A stretch of DNA of 64,000 bases, taken from positions 64,001 through 128,000 of the forward strand of contig JBGSMV010000029.1 of the NCBI GenBank assembly GCA_041739995.1, in the 5' to 3' direction. A model generated the notes under the pieces. It saw only the letters and a list, made by a program, of their open reading frames with translations. It had not been told where the DNA came from and searched no databases. The stretch comes from Bdellovibrionota bacterium. Lineage in GTDB: Bacteria > Bdellovibrionota_C > UBA2361 > JBGSMV01. Position numbers and translations under genes: made by a program. The stretch's first letter is position 1, and every line of letters starts with the position of its first letter. This document shows, one piece after another, positions 48,383-58,188 of the stretch.

Positions 48383-49452
48383 TACAAAATCTGGCACCAA
48401 ATGTTTCAGAAACTATAGGCCGCTTCACCACTGGCGAGCGACCGCACCTTGCGGCTCACAAGACGGTAACTCTTTGCGTGATCGCATTGTTGAGTGGATG
48501 TGTGGAGGCAACCTCGATCACCACTCGGAAGCCGGTCGATGACTATATGGCGAAGATGCGTGCCGACCGGGCTCAGAGCCAAAATGGCTTTCGAAGCGCA
48601 ATGCCAGTCGATGGGCGTGCCATGCCAATCGGGGCTCCCTCTCAAGGACGAGCTCAGTTGCATTTGGTGGGAGGAGAGCTGCCACCAGATGCGCTGTTCG
48701 ATCGTGGAGGTGCGCAGTTCGGTGCGCAGCAGAATCCTGATGTGGTAACCAATCTTAACGGAGAGAGTGACTTCCTTGGCTTTGATCAGGGCTCGTCCGG
48801 TGCGATCGATAGGGTTCCGCTTAGAGAGTATAGAGGTCCGTTGAATCTTGGTGATCCGGGAGTATCGGCGTCTCTGTGGAAAGAGAGCCGGGGTGGAAAC
48901 AATCTCTTCAGAGACTACAGAGCGTCTCAACCGATGGACCTGATCACGATTGTGGTCAATGAAAATCTCACTGGGAAGAAGGAAGGGACCACGACGGTGA
49001 CTCAAGAGTCGAGCTTTAGCGCCGCGATACGTAATTTCTTTGGACTTGAGAATCGTGATCAATTTACCGACTCAGCGGATCCCACCCAGACTGATTCTTC
49101 AGGAGCCGATTTGAGCAATCTCGTCAAAGCCTCGCTTTCCAGCGAGTTTACCGGAGACGGAGAGACCGAGCGAAAGGGGACTCTGCGTGGCCGAATCTCA
49201 GCGATGGTTGCAGAAGTGCTGCCTTCAGGGGTGATGCGCATTGAGGGAGAGAAAATCATCTCACTCAATAGCGAAGAGGAGGTCATGGTGATTTCTGGGC
49301 TGGTGCGCCCTGAGGACGTAAGCTCGAACAATGAAGTGCAGTCGTCACAGCTCGCCAACGTAAGAATTGACTATTACGGCAATGGAACGATTGGGGACGC
49401 TCAGCGAGGTGGCTGGATGGGGCGAGTTTTACGTCGTTGGTGGCCTTTCTAA
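48379..49452 (+). CDS. flgH: Flagellar L-ring lipoprotein FlgH with long N-terminal insert
   Basis: LSGC lipobox, LFRDYRA...DLITIVV.E, SGLVRPEDV...N.V.S, GWMGRVL..WWPF. Confidence 0.9.
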   Translation: MIQNLAPNVSETIGRFTTGERPHLAAHKTVTLCVIALLSGCVEATSITTRKPVDDYMAKMRADRAQSQNGFRSAMPVDGRAMPIGAPSQGRAQLHLVGGELPPDALFDRGGAQFGAQQNPDVVTNLNGESDFLGFDQGSSGAIDRVPLREYRGPLNLGDPGVSASLWKESRGGNNLFRDYRASQPMDLITIVVNENLTGKKEGTTTVTQESSFSAAIRNFFGLENRDQFTDSADPTQTDSSGADLSNLVKASLSSEFTGDGETERKGTLRGRISAMVAEVLPSGVMRIEGEKIISLNSEEEVMVISGLVRPEDVSSNNEVQSSQLANVRIDYYGNGTIGDAQRGGWMGRVLRRWWPF

Positions 49453-49472
49453 TAGAGTTATTGGGGATCGGT

Positions 49473-50570
49473 ATGAAATCTTGCATCGCGCTTTTGTTGC
49501 TCTTTTTCAGCGCTTCGTCAGCGCTTGCTGCTCCTGCACGCCTTAAGGATCTGGCCGATGTGGAAGGCGTGCGAGGAAACCAGTTGGTGGGCTTTGGTCT
49601 AGTCGTCGGATTAAATGGAACTGGCGACGGAAACAGCGTGGATTTCACCCGAAAGGCCCTTTCCAACATGCTCGAGAAAATGGGGATTAAAGCTCCTTCT
49701 GAGCAAGTTAAGGTAAAAAACGCGGCATCCGTGATGGTGACCGCGACTTTGCCGGCCTTCGTTCGGCCTGGTACTTCGATTGATGTGACGTTGTCGTCTA
49801 TGGGTGATGCCAAGAGCTTGCAAGGTGGGACGCTTCTGTTCGCACCTCTCAAAGGTGCCGACGGTAATGTCTATGCGGTTGCGCAGGGGGAAGTGAGCGT
49901 GGGAGGTTTTGCAGTCGAGAGTGGAGGCGATTCGGCTCAGCAGAATCACCCTACGGTTGGGTTGGTTCCGGATGGAGCCACGGTTGAGCGATCTATTCCA
50001 TTCGATCTGTTTCAATCGCAGCGTGTGCGCATAATGTTGAGACAGCCTGATTTTACTACGATGACTCGAATGGTAGAGGCGATTAATTCCGATCTTGGAA
50101 GACCAATTGCGGTGGCCGTTGATTCGGCAGCGGTAGAGATTCCCCTGGTGGGCAGTCTCGCGCATGACCCGATTGGACTTCTGGCACGGCTCGAGAATCT
50201 TACGGTGGATCAAGACCTTGGAGCTCGCGTGGTGGTGAATGAGCGAACGGGCACCGTCATCATGGGTGAGACGGTCAGGCTCGGGCGTGTTGCACTTGCA
50301 CACGGAAATCTGAATATTTCGATTCGTAGTGATAATCAGGTGTCGCAGCCAACAGCATTTTCGGATGGCGGAAATACAGAAGTGATTCAGAACTCGGACA
50401 TTACCGTCGGTGAAGAAGAGCGAAACCTTGCGGCCGTGGGCGGAGAAGTGACGCTTGGACAGTTGGTTGAAGCGCTCAACTCGCTTGGCGCAACACCGCG
50501 CGATTTAATCTCAATTTTTCAGGCGCTCAAACGGGCGGGGGCTCTGCATGCTGACTTGGTGATTATGTAA
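49473..50570 (+). CDS. flgI: Flagellar P-ring protein FlgI
   Basis: RLKDL..V.GVRGNQLVGFGLVVGLNGTGD, GDAKSLQGG, VVVNERTGT, ALKRAGAL. Confidence 0.96.
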   Translation: MKSCIALLLLFFSASSALAAPARLKDLADVEGVRGNQLVGFGLVVGLNGTGDGNSVDFTRKALSNMLEKMGIKAPSEQVKVKNAASVMVTATLPAFVRPGTSIDVTLSSMGDAKSLQGGTLLFAPLKGADGNVYAVAQGEVSVGGFAVESGGDSAQQNHPTVGLVPDGATVERSIPFDLFQSQRVRIMLRQPDFTTMTRMVEAINSDLGRPIAVAVDSAAVEIPLVGSLAHDPIGLLARLENLTVDQDLGARVVVNERTGTVIMGETVRLGRVALAHGNLNISIRSDNQVSQPTAFSDGGNTEVIQNSDITVGEEERNLAAVGGEVTLGQLVEALNSLGATPRDLISIFQALKRAGALHADLVIM

Positions 50571-50578
50571 GAGGGGCT

Positions 50579-51010
50579 ATGGCGGATGATTTGCTGTCGA
50601 AAATTGGAATGGGCCCATCCCTGTCAGAGGTGAGCCTTATGCGAGGGGCTGCACAGCTCAATCAGCTTTCGGCAAAGGCACAGAAAACCGGCGCCAATGG
50701 TCTGAAGGGCAGTGGTCTGCAGAACGGAGTTGCAGCAGGGCCAGACAGTCCAGCGAAGATTAAAGAGGCAGCAGAGGACTTTGAGGCGCTGCTTTTGCAG
50801 CAAATGTTTAAGTCCATGTGGGCAGCGGTACCGCAGGAGAACCTCCTTAGCGGGGGAAGAGAGGGCGAGTATTTCAGAGATATGTTCACTGAGGGCCTCG
50901 CCAAGGACGTCTCTAAGGGGCAAGGCATTGGAATTAAAGAGATTATTGTGAGAGAGCTCACGGCTCGTAGTGATGCAGCGAAAATCGATGGCGAGGGCGA
51001 GAAGGAGTGA
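50579..51010 (+). CDS. flgJ: FlgJ rod-binding domain only (no muramidase)
   Basis: KEAAEDFEALLLQQMFKSM, FRDM, GIGI. Confidence 0.85.
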   Translation: MADDLLSKIGMGPSLSEVSLMRGAAQLNQLSAKAQKTGANGLKGSGLQNGVAAGPDSPAKIKEAAEDFEALLLQQMFKSMWAAVPQENLLSGGREGEYFRDMFTEGLAKDVSKGQGIGIKEIIVRELTARSDAAKIDGEGEKE

Positions 51011-51196
51011 GGGGGCGCTATTTGCGCGAATCCATTCGAATCCTCGAGATATCGTAACCTTAGCGATTGAAAAGCCGTTAGTGCTGAGCATCTTCTGAAT
51101 GTCGTGTGCGCAGCGGTTTTTGTATCGTCGTACCCCAGAGGGCTCAAGCCAGTCCTCGAGTACGCGAGAACGGATTCACGACGTAAGGGGGCAGGT

Positions 51197-51607
51197 ATGA
51201 AGATTGGATCAAAGAACGACCCAAATGATCTTAAAGCGGTTCGAGATCTCTTGCAGCAGCAAGAAGGTGTTAAGTCGAGTCCGACTCAGGAGGCCGAGCG
51301 TCTTGCAAAGCGCCTGAAGGCACAAAATGACGGGGCATTACTCGCTTCGGGGGGCCGAGTTGATGTCTCCCTTGCAAAGGCGATTGGGCAAGAGCTTAGC
51401 CCCGAGGGAATCGCCGCAGAGCGCAGAGCAAAAATTGAAAGTTTGAAGCTGCAGATTGCAGAAGGCAAATACAACCCGCCAAGTGAAGCGATCGCACGCT
51501 CCGTAGGTGAAGAAATTCTTTTTGAAATTTTCACTGGAGGAACAACTCCGGTACAAGGTGGCAGGCTGTTCGACGCCACTGGGGAAGCGCAGGAAGAGGA
51601 GCTCTAG
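51197..51607 (+). CDS. flgM: Anti-sigma28 factor FlgM
   Basis: V.VS..., R.AKIESLKLQIAEGKY......IA; lies between flgJ and flgN. Confidence 0.8.
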   Translation: MKIGSKNDPNDLKAVRDLLQQQEGVKSSPTQEAERLAKRLKAQNDGALLASGGRVDVSLAKAIGQELSPEGIAAERRAKIESLKLQIAEGKYNPPSEAIARSVGEEILFEIFTGGTTPVQGGRLFDATGEAQEEEL

Positions 51608-51613
51608 TAATCC

Positions 51614-52156
51614 ATGCCCGTAGCACCTATTACGAAAGCGCTGGATGATTTGATCTCTAACGAGATTCAGTTGCACCATGGCTACGTAAAGGCGTTAGAG
51701 CTCGAGCAACAAATCGTAATTTCTGGTAAAACAGAAGGACTTGCGGTTGCGACCGCTCAGCGTGAGAGGTTTATTCAGGGTATTGCTCGCGCTCAAGACG
51801 CACGCTTCACCCTGATGCGTAAAGAGCTCGGAGAACCTGAGTTTCTCGGGCGACAAAAAGCACCACCACCTTCAATCCCATTATCACAGTTTGTGAAGCG
51901 ATTCTGCCACCCCTCAGAGGCTAAAGTGCTCATCCCGAAAATCGATATTTTGCGAGAGCTTGTTTCGGACTCTCAGACTCGTAGTAGGGAATATAGCCAA
52001 GTCGTGGCGTTTTCCCTGCGGATGATTGGCGGACTGGCTTCCATTCTCTGGTCTGCTACCAAGCACGTGGTGCGATCGTATACGCCCGGTGGCACAATGA
52101 AAGAGTCGACGCACGACGGGACTCACCGCAAGTCGGGAGTTCTCAAAGAGATCTAG
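51614..52156 (+). CDS. flgN: Flagellar export chaperone FlgN
   Basis: Helical L..E...L pattern, SY...G near the C-terminus, position after flgM. Confidence 0.65.
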   Translation: MPVAPITKALDDLISNEIQLHHGYVKALELEQQIVISGKTEGLAVATAQRERFIQGIARAQDARFTLMRKELGEPEFLGRQKAPPPSIPLSQFVKRFCHPSEAKVLIPKIDILRELVSDSQTRSREYSQVVAFSLRMIGGLASILWSATKHVVRSYTPGGTMKESTHDGTHRKSGVLKEI

Positions 52157-52258
52157 ATGAGGGCCCATAGGAGCCACTCGTATCCTTCGCGCCTTCTGGT
52201 TAAGTTTTATAGGCGCGGAAACCTCAGAGTGAGCCGAGGGGAAAACAGTTTTCCTTGC

Positions 52259-52285
52259 CTAGGAGTCTGTGACACAGGCACAGAC
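52259..52285. repeat. Family D mini-hairpin, copy 2 (right end lost)
   Basis: CTAGGAGTCTGTGACACAGGCACAGAC; 25 nt identical to 43832-43856. Confidence 0.75.
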
Positions 52286-52503
52286 GACGTCCCGCCGTAG
52301 CCTAATGAAATTAAATGAAAGCACAGGCACATGCGAGCGAAGGCGGACCCTAATCAAAAAGCACGCTCATCCACTACAACATTGCGTATCCATCAAAGAA
52401 GTTCTCATGTTCTTTGTGGTGCAAAGCAAGGCTTCAACTTACTCGTTCATCACCTGATTCCTCGAGTTTAAATTTCTACAGTAGTCCCATCCATTGCCCG
52501 CCC

Positions 52504-52518
52504 TGGCACAGCGCTTGC
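52504..52518 (+). promoter_or_regulatory. Sigma54 (-24/-12) promoter of flgKL
   Basis: TGGCAC-agcgc-TTGC consensus match about 78 nt before the flgK ATG. Confidence 0.75.
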
Positions 52519-52595
52519 CTTATTAAGATACTGAGAGGTGGCATCAGGCAAGATTTGCTGGTGCTAAAGACCTCCCAGAGTTCTTACAGGGCGAA

Positions 52596-54263
52596 ATGGC
52601 TAACTTTGGCGCAAAAATTCTTAATAACGCGGTTGGCGCTCTTAGCGCTCAGCAGGCAATTATTGCCAACATCGGCAACAATATCGCCAACGTCAATACG
52701 CCTGGCTACTCACGGCGTACTGTCTCTTTAGAGACGAACTTTGGACGCGGTTCTGAGTCGGGCGTCAACATCGGGAGTGGCGTACGAATCAGCTCCGTGA
52801 GCCGAGTGAGCGATGAGTTCATTGAACGCCTGCTGAGAGAATCCCTTGGCAGCCACGGATCAAACGGAATACAAAACGAATTCCTGCAGCGCATCGAAGG
52901 TCTTTTCAATCTCACTGGCGATCGTCAGACGGTCGGCTCCAGTTTGTCTTCGTTTTTCACCTCGCTTGATGACTTAGCGGCGGATCCCGCCAGTGTCGAG
53001 CTTAGATCTAACGTGATGCAACGAGGGAACGATCTCACCCAGACAATTCGAGATACCTTTAATACCCTGGCGCGCCTACAGACAGAGGCGGATCAGCGCC
53101 TGGTGACCGAAGTCCAAACGGTTAATTCAATCCTGACCCAAATTGGACAGATAAACGGGCGAGTAAAGGTCATTGAGCAGAACGGATCGGGCCCAGAAGC
53201 CTCAGATGAACGCGATCAGCGCAATCTTCTTCTTGGGCAACTAGCCGAGAAACTTTCCTTCTCCTCAGTCGAGCTCGCTGATGGAAGTATTTCGATTTCG
53301 CTTTCAAGCGGTCTTACCTTAGTAAATGGAACCACGGTCAAGCCGTTAACCACCACTACGACCCCAAGCTTCGCCCCCGGTGCGCTTCCCCCGTCCCTTG
53401 ACGGTGGGCTACTGAACTATGTTGTTTTTGATTACGACAGTACTGGGACCTCCCCGGCGCACGTGGACCTTACGCAAGTTCTGAAGAACGGCTCAGGCTC
53501 AATCGCCGGTCTTCTTGCGTTGCGCGGATACAATGATCCATCTAGTACAACCGCCTTTGAGGGCGACGGCACGATCACGCAGGTCGCTGGGCGAATAGAG
53601 GCTCTTACGCGCTCGCTATTGACCTCGTTCAACTCTACATACTTAGGACCAGATCGCGACGGCGCAACAGCAGGGCATCAGCCCAGTTCCGGTGACTTAG
53701 ACGGGGACACGCCTGCAGTCTTCGGTTTTTTCGACTTTAATTTCTCAGGGGCAAAGGATCGAGGTGTGACACCCGACGGTCTTCCTACCAGCGGCGATCT
53801 TAATGACATTATCGCGAACACTGGCACCAGAAATTTTTCCAGTATCTTTACCCTCGCTATTTCCGATCCGCGTGATATCGCGGCGGCGAGGGATGTCAGC
53901 GGTGGTCCTCCAGCCGCGGCAGAGTTTCCACCTGGCGATAATCAGAATCTGCTGGCGCTGATGGCCCAACGCAATCAGGCACAAACGCTCTCCGCAGGAG
54001 GATTCTCACTGAATGCCACCTGGGATCAGTCCTATATCGAGTCCGTCACCTTTATTGGGAATAAGAGTGCGACTATATCCGTGGCCGCGTCGGTCGCTGA
54101 GGCGTCGCTCTCAACGGTACAATCACGCCGAGATTCGGCGTCGGCAGTTAATCTTGACGAAGAGTTTACTCGCCTCATACAGGCGCAGAAGTCTTACGAA
54201 GCCTCGGCTCGAATGATTCGAATTGCGGATGAACTATTACAACAAATTCTACAGTTGATATGA
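52596..54263 (+). CDS. flgK: Flagellar hook-associated protein FlgK
   Basis: NNIANVNTPGYSRR, DQR..LL..L, VNLDEE...LI..Q.SY.ASA. Confidence 0.95.
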   Translation: MANFGAKILNNAVGALSAQQAIIANIGNNIANVNTPGYSRRTVSLETNFGRGSESGVNIGSGVRISSVSRVSDEFIERLLRESLGSHGSNGIQNEFLQRIEGLFNLTGDRQTVGSSLSSFFTSLDDLAADPASVELRSNVMQRGNDLTQTIRDTFNTLARLQTEADQRLVTEVQTVNSILTQIGQINGRVKVIEQNGSGPEASDERDQRNLLLGQLAEKLSFSSVELADGSISISLSSGLTLVNGTTVKPLTTTTTPSFAPGALPPSLDGGLLNYVVFDYDSTGTSPAHVDLTQVLKNGSGSIAGLLALRGYNDPSSTTAFEGDGTITQVAGRIEALTRSLLTSFNSTYLGPDRDGATAGHQPSSGDLDGDTPAVFGFFDFNFSGAKDRGVTPDGLPTSGDLNDIIANTGTRNFSSIFTLAISDPRDIAAARDVSGGPPAAAEFPPGDNQNLLALMAQRNQAQTLSAGGFSLNATWDQSYIESVTFIGNKSATISVAASVAEASLSTVQSRRDSASAVNLDEEFTRLIQAQKSYEASARMIRIADELLQQILQLI

Positions 54264-55255
54264 CACGTATTTCTGAAAACCAACTTGCGCGTACCCTCCT
54301 GGTAGATATCGCCAGAAATCGAGAGCAGTACGCGCGATTTAGCCAAGAATTGGCCACCGGATATAAGGTCGTAGATCCTGGAGACTCTAGATTCTCAGGC
54401 ACCATCGCCCAATACCGAGAGACATTGGATCGTCTTGCAGGCCACAAGCGCCGGGCTGAATCCGTGACGGGAGTTTTGGCTTTCCAGGACAATGCGTTGG
54501 CTCAAGCGAATGAGATCCTGGTAAGAGCCAATGAGCTAGCCACTCAAGGCGCTAATGAGACTATCGGGGTGGCGGTTCGTGCTCAGATGGCGGAGGAAGT
54601 ATTCGAGTTGCGCAACCATTTAGTGAGTTTAGCTAATTCGCAGTACCAAGGGCGCTATGTGTTTGCGGGAGTCGACGATGATGATGCGCCCTTTGGCGCG
54701 AGCACCTATACCAATCCTGCTACCGGGGCCGCCAGTGAACGTTGGGTGTATGATGACACCACTGTGGAAGTGGGGAATGCTCGAACTCGTTCGGTGAATA
54801 TAACGGATGATCTTCAAATTGCGGTGGCAAAGCCTGGAGATGCGCTCTTTAGTAATGCCCTCGCGGGGCTCGAGCGGCTCGGTCGAGCTCTTGCCGGATT
54901 TCAAACGCTTCCTTCTACTGGCTTGCCCGATGGTACCGGAGCTGCGTTCAATTTGCCGACAGAACTCAGTCTGCAGACCCAAGAGATTCAGGGTTCGATT
55001 GACTTCATTAAGCAAGCGCGGGAGCGCGACATTATTCCTGAGCGTGTGTCAGTTGGGGCAGGGCTGCGGAGATTGCAGACTGCGCTTTCATTGATTGACC
55101 TGACTCAGACCGATGCGACCGAGGCGCTCAGCAAGCTTCAAGACGCAGATATCGCAGCGTCTGGGACCGGATTACAGCAAGCACAGACGGCGCTGGAAGT
55201 GTCTTATTCAGTGACGACTCGCGCATTGCAGCTCAATATTCTTCAGTTTCTCTAG
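54260..55255 (+). CDS. flgL: Flagellar hook-associated protein FlgL
   Basis: Flagellin-like termini (LATG.K, ANSQYQGRYVFAG, LSKLQDAD); ATGA overlap with flgK. Confidence 0.9.
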   Translation: MTRISENQLARTLLVDIARNREQYARFSQELATGYKVVDPGDSRFSGTIAQYRETLDRLAGHKRRAESVTGVLAFQDNALAQANEILVRANELATQGANETIGVAVRAQMAEEVFELRNHLVSLANSQYQGRYVFAGVDDDDAPFGASTYTNPATGAASERWVYDDTTVEVGNARTRSVNITDDLQIAVAKPGDALFSNALAGLERLGRALAGFQTLPSTGLPDGTGAAFNLPTELSLQTQEIQGSIDFIKQARERDIIPERVSVGAGLRRLQTALSLIDLTQTDATEALSKLQDADIAASGTGLQQAQTALEVSYSVTTRALQLNILQFL

Positions 55256-55536
55256 CCAGACAGATTTCTGGGTCGACCACGACTGCTTAGGGCAAATGAG
55301 GTGCCGTATTTGGCTGCCGGAGAGTGAATCGCCAGTCAGATCACCATCATCTACTCACAGGGGGAGCATCGCCCCCTTCATAAATGCCTAGGATGCGACA
55401 CTGTTTGAATATTATTGCCATTGAATAGAAGTGGATTGCATCTTGGGCGCAGCGAGGCGAATCTAACGTACTGAAGGTTCTGAGCTTTGATGGTCGCGGA
55501 AAGATCGCGTAGAGCCAAGGAAGGCGGGAAGAGAGA

Positions 55537-56130
55537 ATGCTGATTCTTACGAGAAAGCCAGGTGAAAGTCTCTACATCGGTGATGATATCAAAATCACCA
55601 TTGTTGAGCTTAAAGGCCACCAGATTCGAGTAGGAATTGACGCGCCAAAGGAAAAGCGCATCTACCGCGAAGAAATTTACCTCCAGATCCTCGAAGAAAA
55701 TAAGAGCGCTGCGGCAACGCCAGCGGGTTTTGAACTTGGGCTGGAGAATGTCTCGGCGGCTTGGACGCAGAGATCGGCTCCGGGTGGTGGCTCTGGCAGC
55801 TCGGCTGGTAGCGAAGGCGCCGGAGAGCCGCCTAAGCGTGGGGGCTTCGCAGGCTTGTCGCGCATGCGAGCATCTGGGTCCCCACAGGGAGGAGCAGCGC
55901 CTCGCAGTTCCTCGACGGTTTCTGAGGGGGTTCCTGAGGCCGCCACTGTGGAGCCAAGGACTGAAGACCCAGAGACTGAGGGTTCAGTGGCCAGATCTAC
56001 TGGTCCCGAGAGTGTGAATTTAGGTTCGATTGAAGGGCCACGACAAAATAGAGTGCGTCGTGATCTTGGTTCAGCAGATGTTCCGGTAGTAGTGGTACGG
56101 CGAAAGAGGCCAAAGAAAGTCGATGAGTGA
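55537..56130 (+). CDS. csrA: Translational regulator CsrA with ~135-aa disordered C-terminal extension
   Basis: [23 protein letters not shown]...RVGIDAPK...YREEIY..I..EN..A. Confidence 0.92.
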   Translation: MLILTRKPGESLYIGDDIKITIVELKGHQIRVGIDAPKEKRIYREEIYLQILEENKSAAATPAGFELGLENVSAAWTQRSAPGGGSGSSAGSEGAGEPPKRGGFAGLSRMRASGSPQGGAAPRSSSTVSEGVPEAATVEPRTEDPETEGSVARSTGPESVNLGSIEGPRQNRVRRDLGSADVPVVVVRRKRPKKVDE

Positions 56131-56671
56131 TAGTTCGGATAGCGACAGCAATCAGCTCGTAGTGAAGAGCACGCGATTCGGGGAGCTTGAAGTTCCAGCC
56201 GATAGTGTCATCACGATCAAGTCGGGACTGATCGGGTTTCCGCGCCACAAGCAATTTGTGATGATTGATCACAAGCCACCATTCTCTTGGTTACATTGTG
56301 TCGATGACCCAAATCTTGCGTTTGTGGTTGTTGACGGTTTCCAGTTTGGCGAGCGCTATTCGGTCAAAGCTCCCATAGGCGATGCGGATACTGACCTAAA
56401 AGACGGCGATGAGTACGCGATTTTGGTGGTGGTTACCGTGCGTCCGAATGCCGCTGAAACCACAGCAAATCTTAAAGCCCCGATTTTCGTGAATATCCGT
56501 AACCGTCAGGGCGTGCAGATTATTTTCGATGATCCGCGCCTTTCTACCCGTTTTCCCCTGTGGGAATCGGAAGAAATGGTTGCCCAGCAGGAAGAATCCG
56601 CCGCCGGCGATACCAAAAAGCCTCATTCAGAGGTAAAAGACACTCCAAGCAAGAAGGCGTACAAGAGCTAG
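56123..56671 (+). CDS. fliW: Flagellar assembly factor FliW (CsrA antagonist)
   Basis: [34 protein letters not shown]. Confidence 0.92.
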   Translation: MSDSSDSDSNQLVVKSTRFGELEVPADSVITIKSGLIGFPRHKQFVMIDHKPPFSWLHCVDDPNLAFVVVDGFQFGERYSVKAPIGDADTDLKDGDEYAILVVVTVRPNAAETTANLKAPIFVNIRNRQGVQIIFDDPRLSTRFPLWESEEMVAQQEESAAGDTKKPHSEVKDTPSKKAYKS

Positions 56672-56811
56672 TGTCCTGAGTGAGAAGTTACTTTGAGTAT
56701 CTTTCTCACTGTTCTCGCTGAACTCATTGTGTATTTTCTTAAAGACATTCACAAAGAGATTCAGTGAGCCCAGCGAGACGTACGCATCGAGCTCTTAACG
56801 CAGGAGACTAG
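56668..56811 (-). mobile_element. Family A element, copy 4 (reverse orientation, 144 nt)
   Basis: CTAGTGTCCTGAGT...CAGGAGACTAG; left CTAG contains the fliW stop; TGTTCTCGCTGAACTCATTGTG is the reverse complement of the copy 2 core. Confidence 0.85.
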
Positions 56812-56894
56812 TGCAGCAATGAGGCGTAGATCCCTGCACCTGAATTGGCGGCTGGTGCGGTTCACGACCTGTGGCGGAGGAGTGTTTATCCACG

Positions 56895-57950
56895 ATGACA
56901 AATTCATTCTCGTATAAGTCAGCCGGTGTTGATATCGATGTGGCCGACGCCACCAAGCGGGAGATGGCGGCCAGTCTTGAGCCATCTGATCCGCGTGTGC
57001 TCAACCGAGTCGGAGCCTTCGCCTCTCTCTTCTCTGCCGAGTTCCCGGGCATAACCGATCCAGTGCTCGTGCTTAAAATGGAAGAGCCAGGGACTAAGCA
57101 AAAGCTTGCGTTCACTGGTCCTCCCGAGAAGGGCTGGGTACGCTCGATATGCTTTGACATGATTAATCATCTGATAAATGACATCGCAGTAATGGGCGCC
57201 ACGCCCTTAGCCGTGCAGGACGCAATCATCTGCGGCAAGTTAGAGCAGCACACGGTGGGGGACTTGGTGCGCGGTATCGCCGATGCCTGTCGAGCTCAAG
57301 GGTGCTCATTGGTAGGCGGTGAGACTTCGGAGCAGCCGGGAGTTTTAGCGCCGGGCATCTATGTGCTTACTGCGAGTATAGTGGGAGTCGTAGATCGCGG
57401 CAGCATTATCGACGGCAGCAAGATTTCTGATGGTGACGTAGTGCTGGGTGTGGGGTCGAACGGGCTGCACACCAATGGCTATTCTTTGGTGAGAGCACTA
57501 CTCGATTCCCATAAGACGCTGGCTGCAAGCAAAGTGGGCGAGGGGACTTTTATGGATGCGATTATGGCCCCGCATCTTTGTTACTATCCCGCACTGAAGG
57601 ATCTGTTTCCGCGTAAAGTCTTCAATGGCCTTGCTCATATCACCGGGGGAGGAATTGAAGGAAATCTTTCTCGTATCATTCCGGCTGGTTTGTGTGCAGA
57701 TATTGAGTTATCGCAAATTCCTATGCTCGAAGTTTTTTCTTCAATTCGAGAGGTTGGTGCACTTTCACAAGAGGAGATGCTCAAAACATTTAACTGTGGA
57801 GTAGGGCTGGTTGCTGTCGTCGAGCAGAAGGCGCTAGCTCCAACCGTTGCCGCAATCACCGCACACGGCTTGAGCGCGTTTCCGCTTGGCACCATTCGTC
57901 GTCGCGCATCGAGTGAAGCTTCTGTAGCGTTACGTGGGCAACTTGCCTGA
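56895..57950 (+). CDS. purM: Phosphoribosylformylglycinamidine cyclo-ligase
   Basis: YKSAGVDI, LVGGETSE.PG, SNGLHTNGYSL, AHITGGG, TFNCGVG. Confidence 0.95.
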   Translation: MTNSFSYKSAGVDIDVADATKREMAASLEPSDPRVLNRVGAFASLFSAEFPGITDPVLVLKMEEPGTKQKLAFTGPPEKGWVRSICFDMINHLINDIAVMGATPLAVQDAIICGKLEQHTVGDLVRGIADACRAQGCSLVGGETSEQPGVLAPGIYVLTASIVGVVDRGSIIDGSKISDGDVVLGVGSNGLHTNGYSLVRALLDSHKTLAASKVGEGTFMDAIMAPHLCYYPALKDLFPRKVFNGLAHITGGGIEGNLSRIIPAGLCADIELSQIPMLEVFSSIREVGALSQEEMLKTFNCGVGLVAVVEQKALAPTVAAITAHGLSAFPLGTIRRRASSEASVALRGQLA

Positions 57951-58188
57951 GCACCTCAAACTCAGCGTTCTGAGACGTTTACGTTACCCCTTGGCATACT
58001 GCTTACTCCCGGGAGCATGGTAGGGCAGGCATAGCGCTATCCGGTACATTTGGGCCTATGTCCAGTGTCCGCATTCCCAATCTTGGCGAAATTAGGCGCG
58101 GAGCTTCTTCTGAGAGAAATTTTGAGGGAGGTATTCTCACCTTTCTAGGTGAAATTCGTATTTTGAGCGTCAGATTCTAACCATCTGT

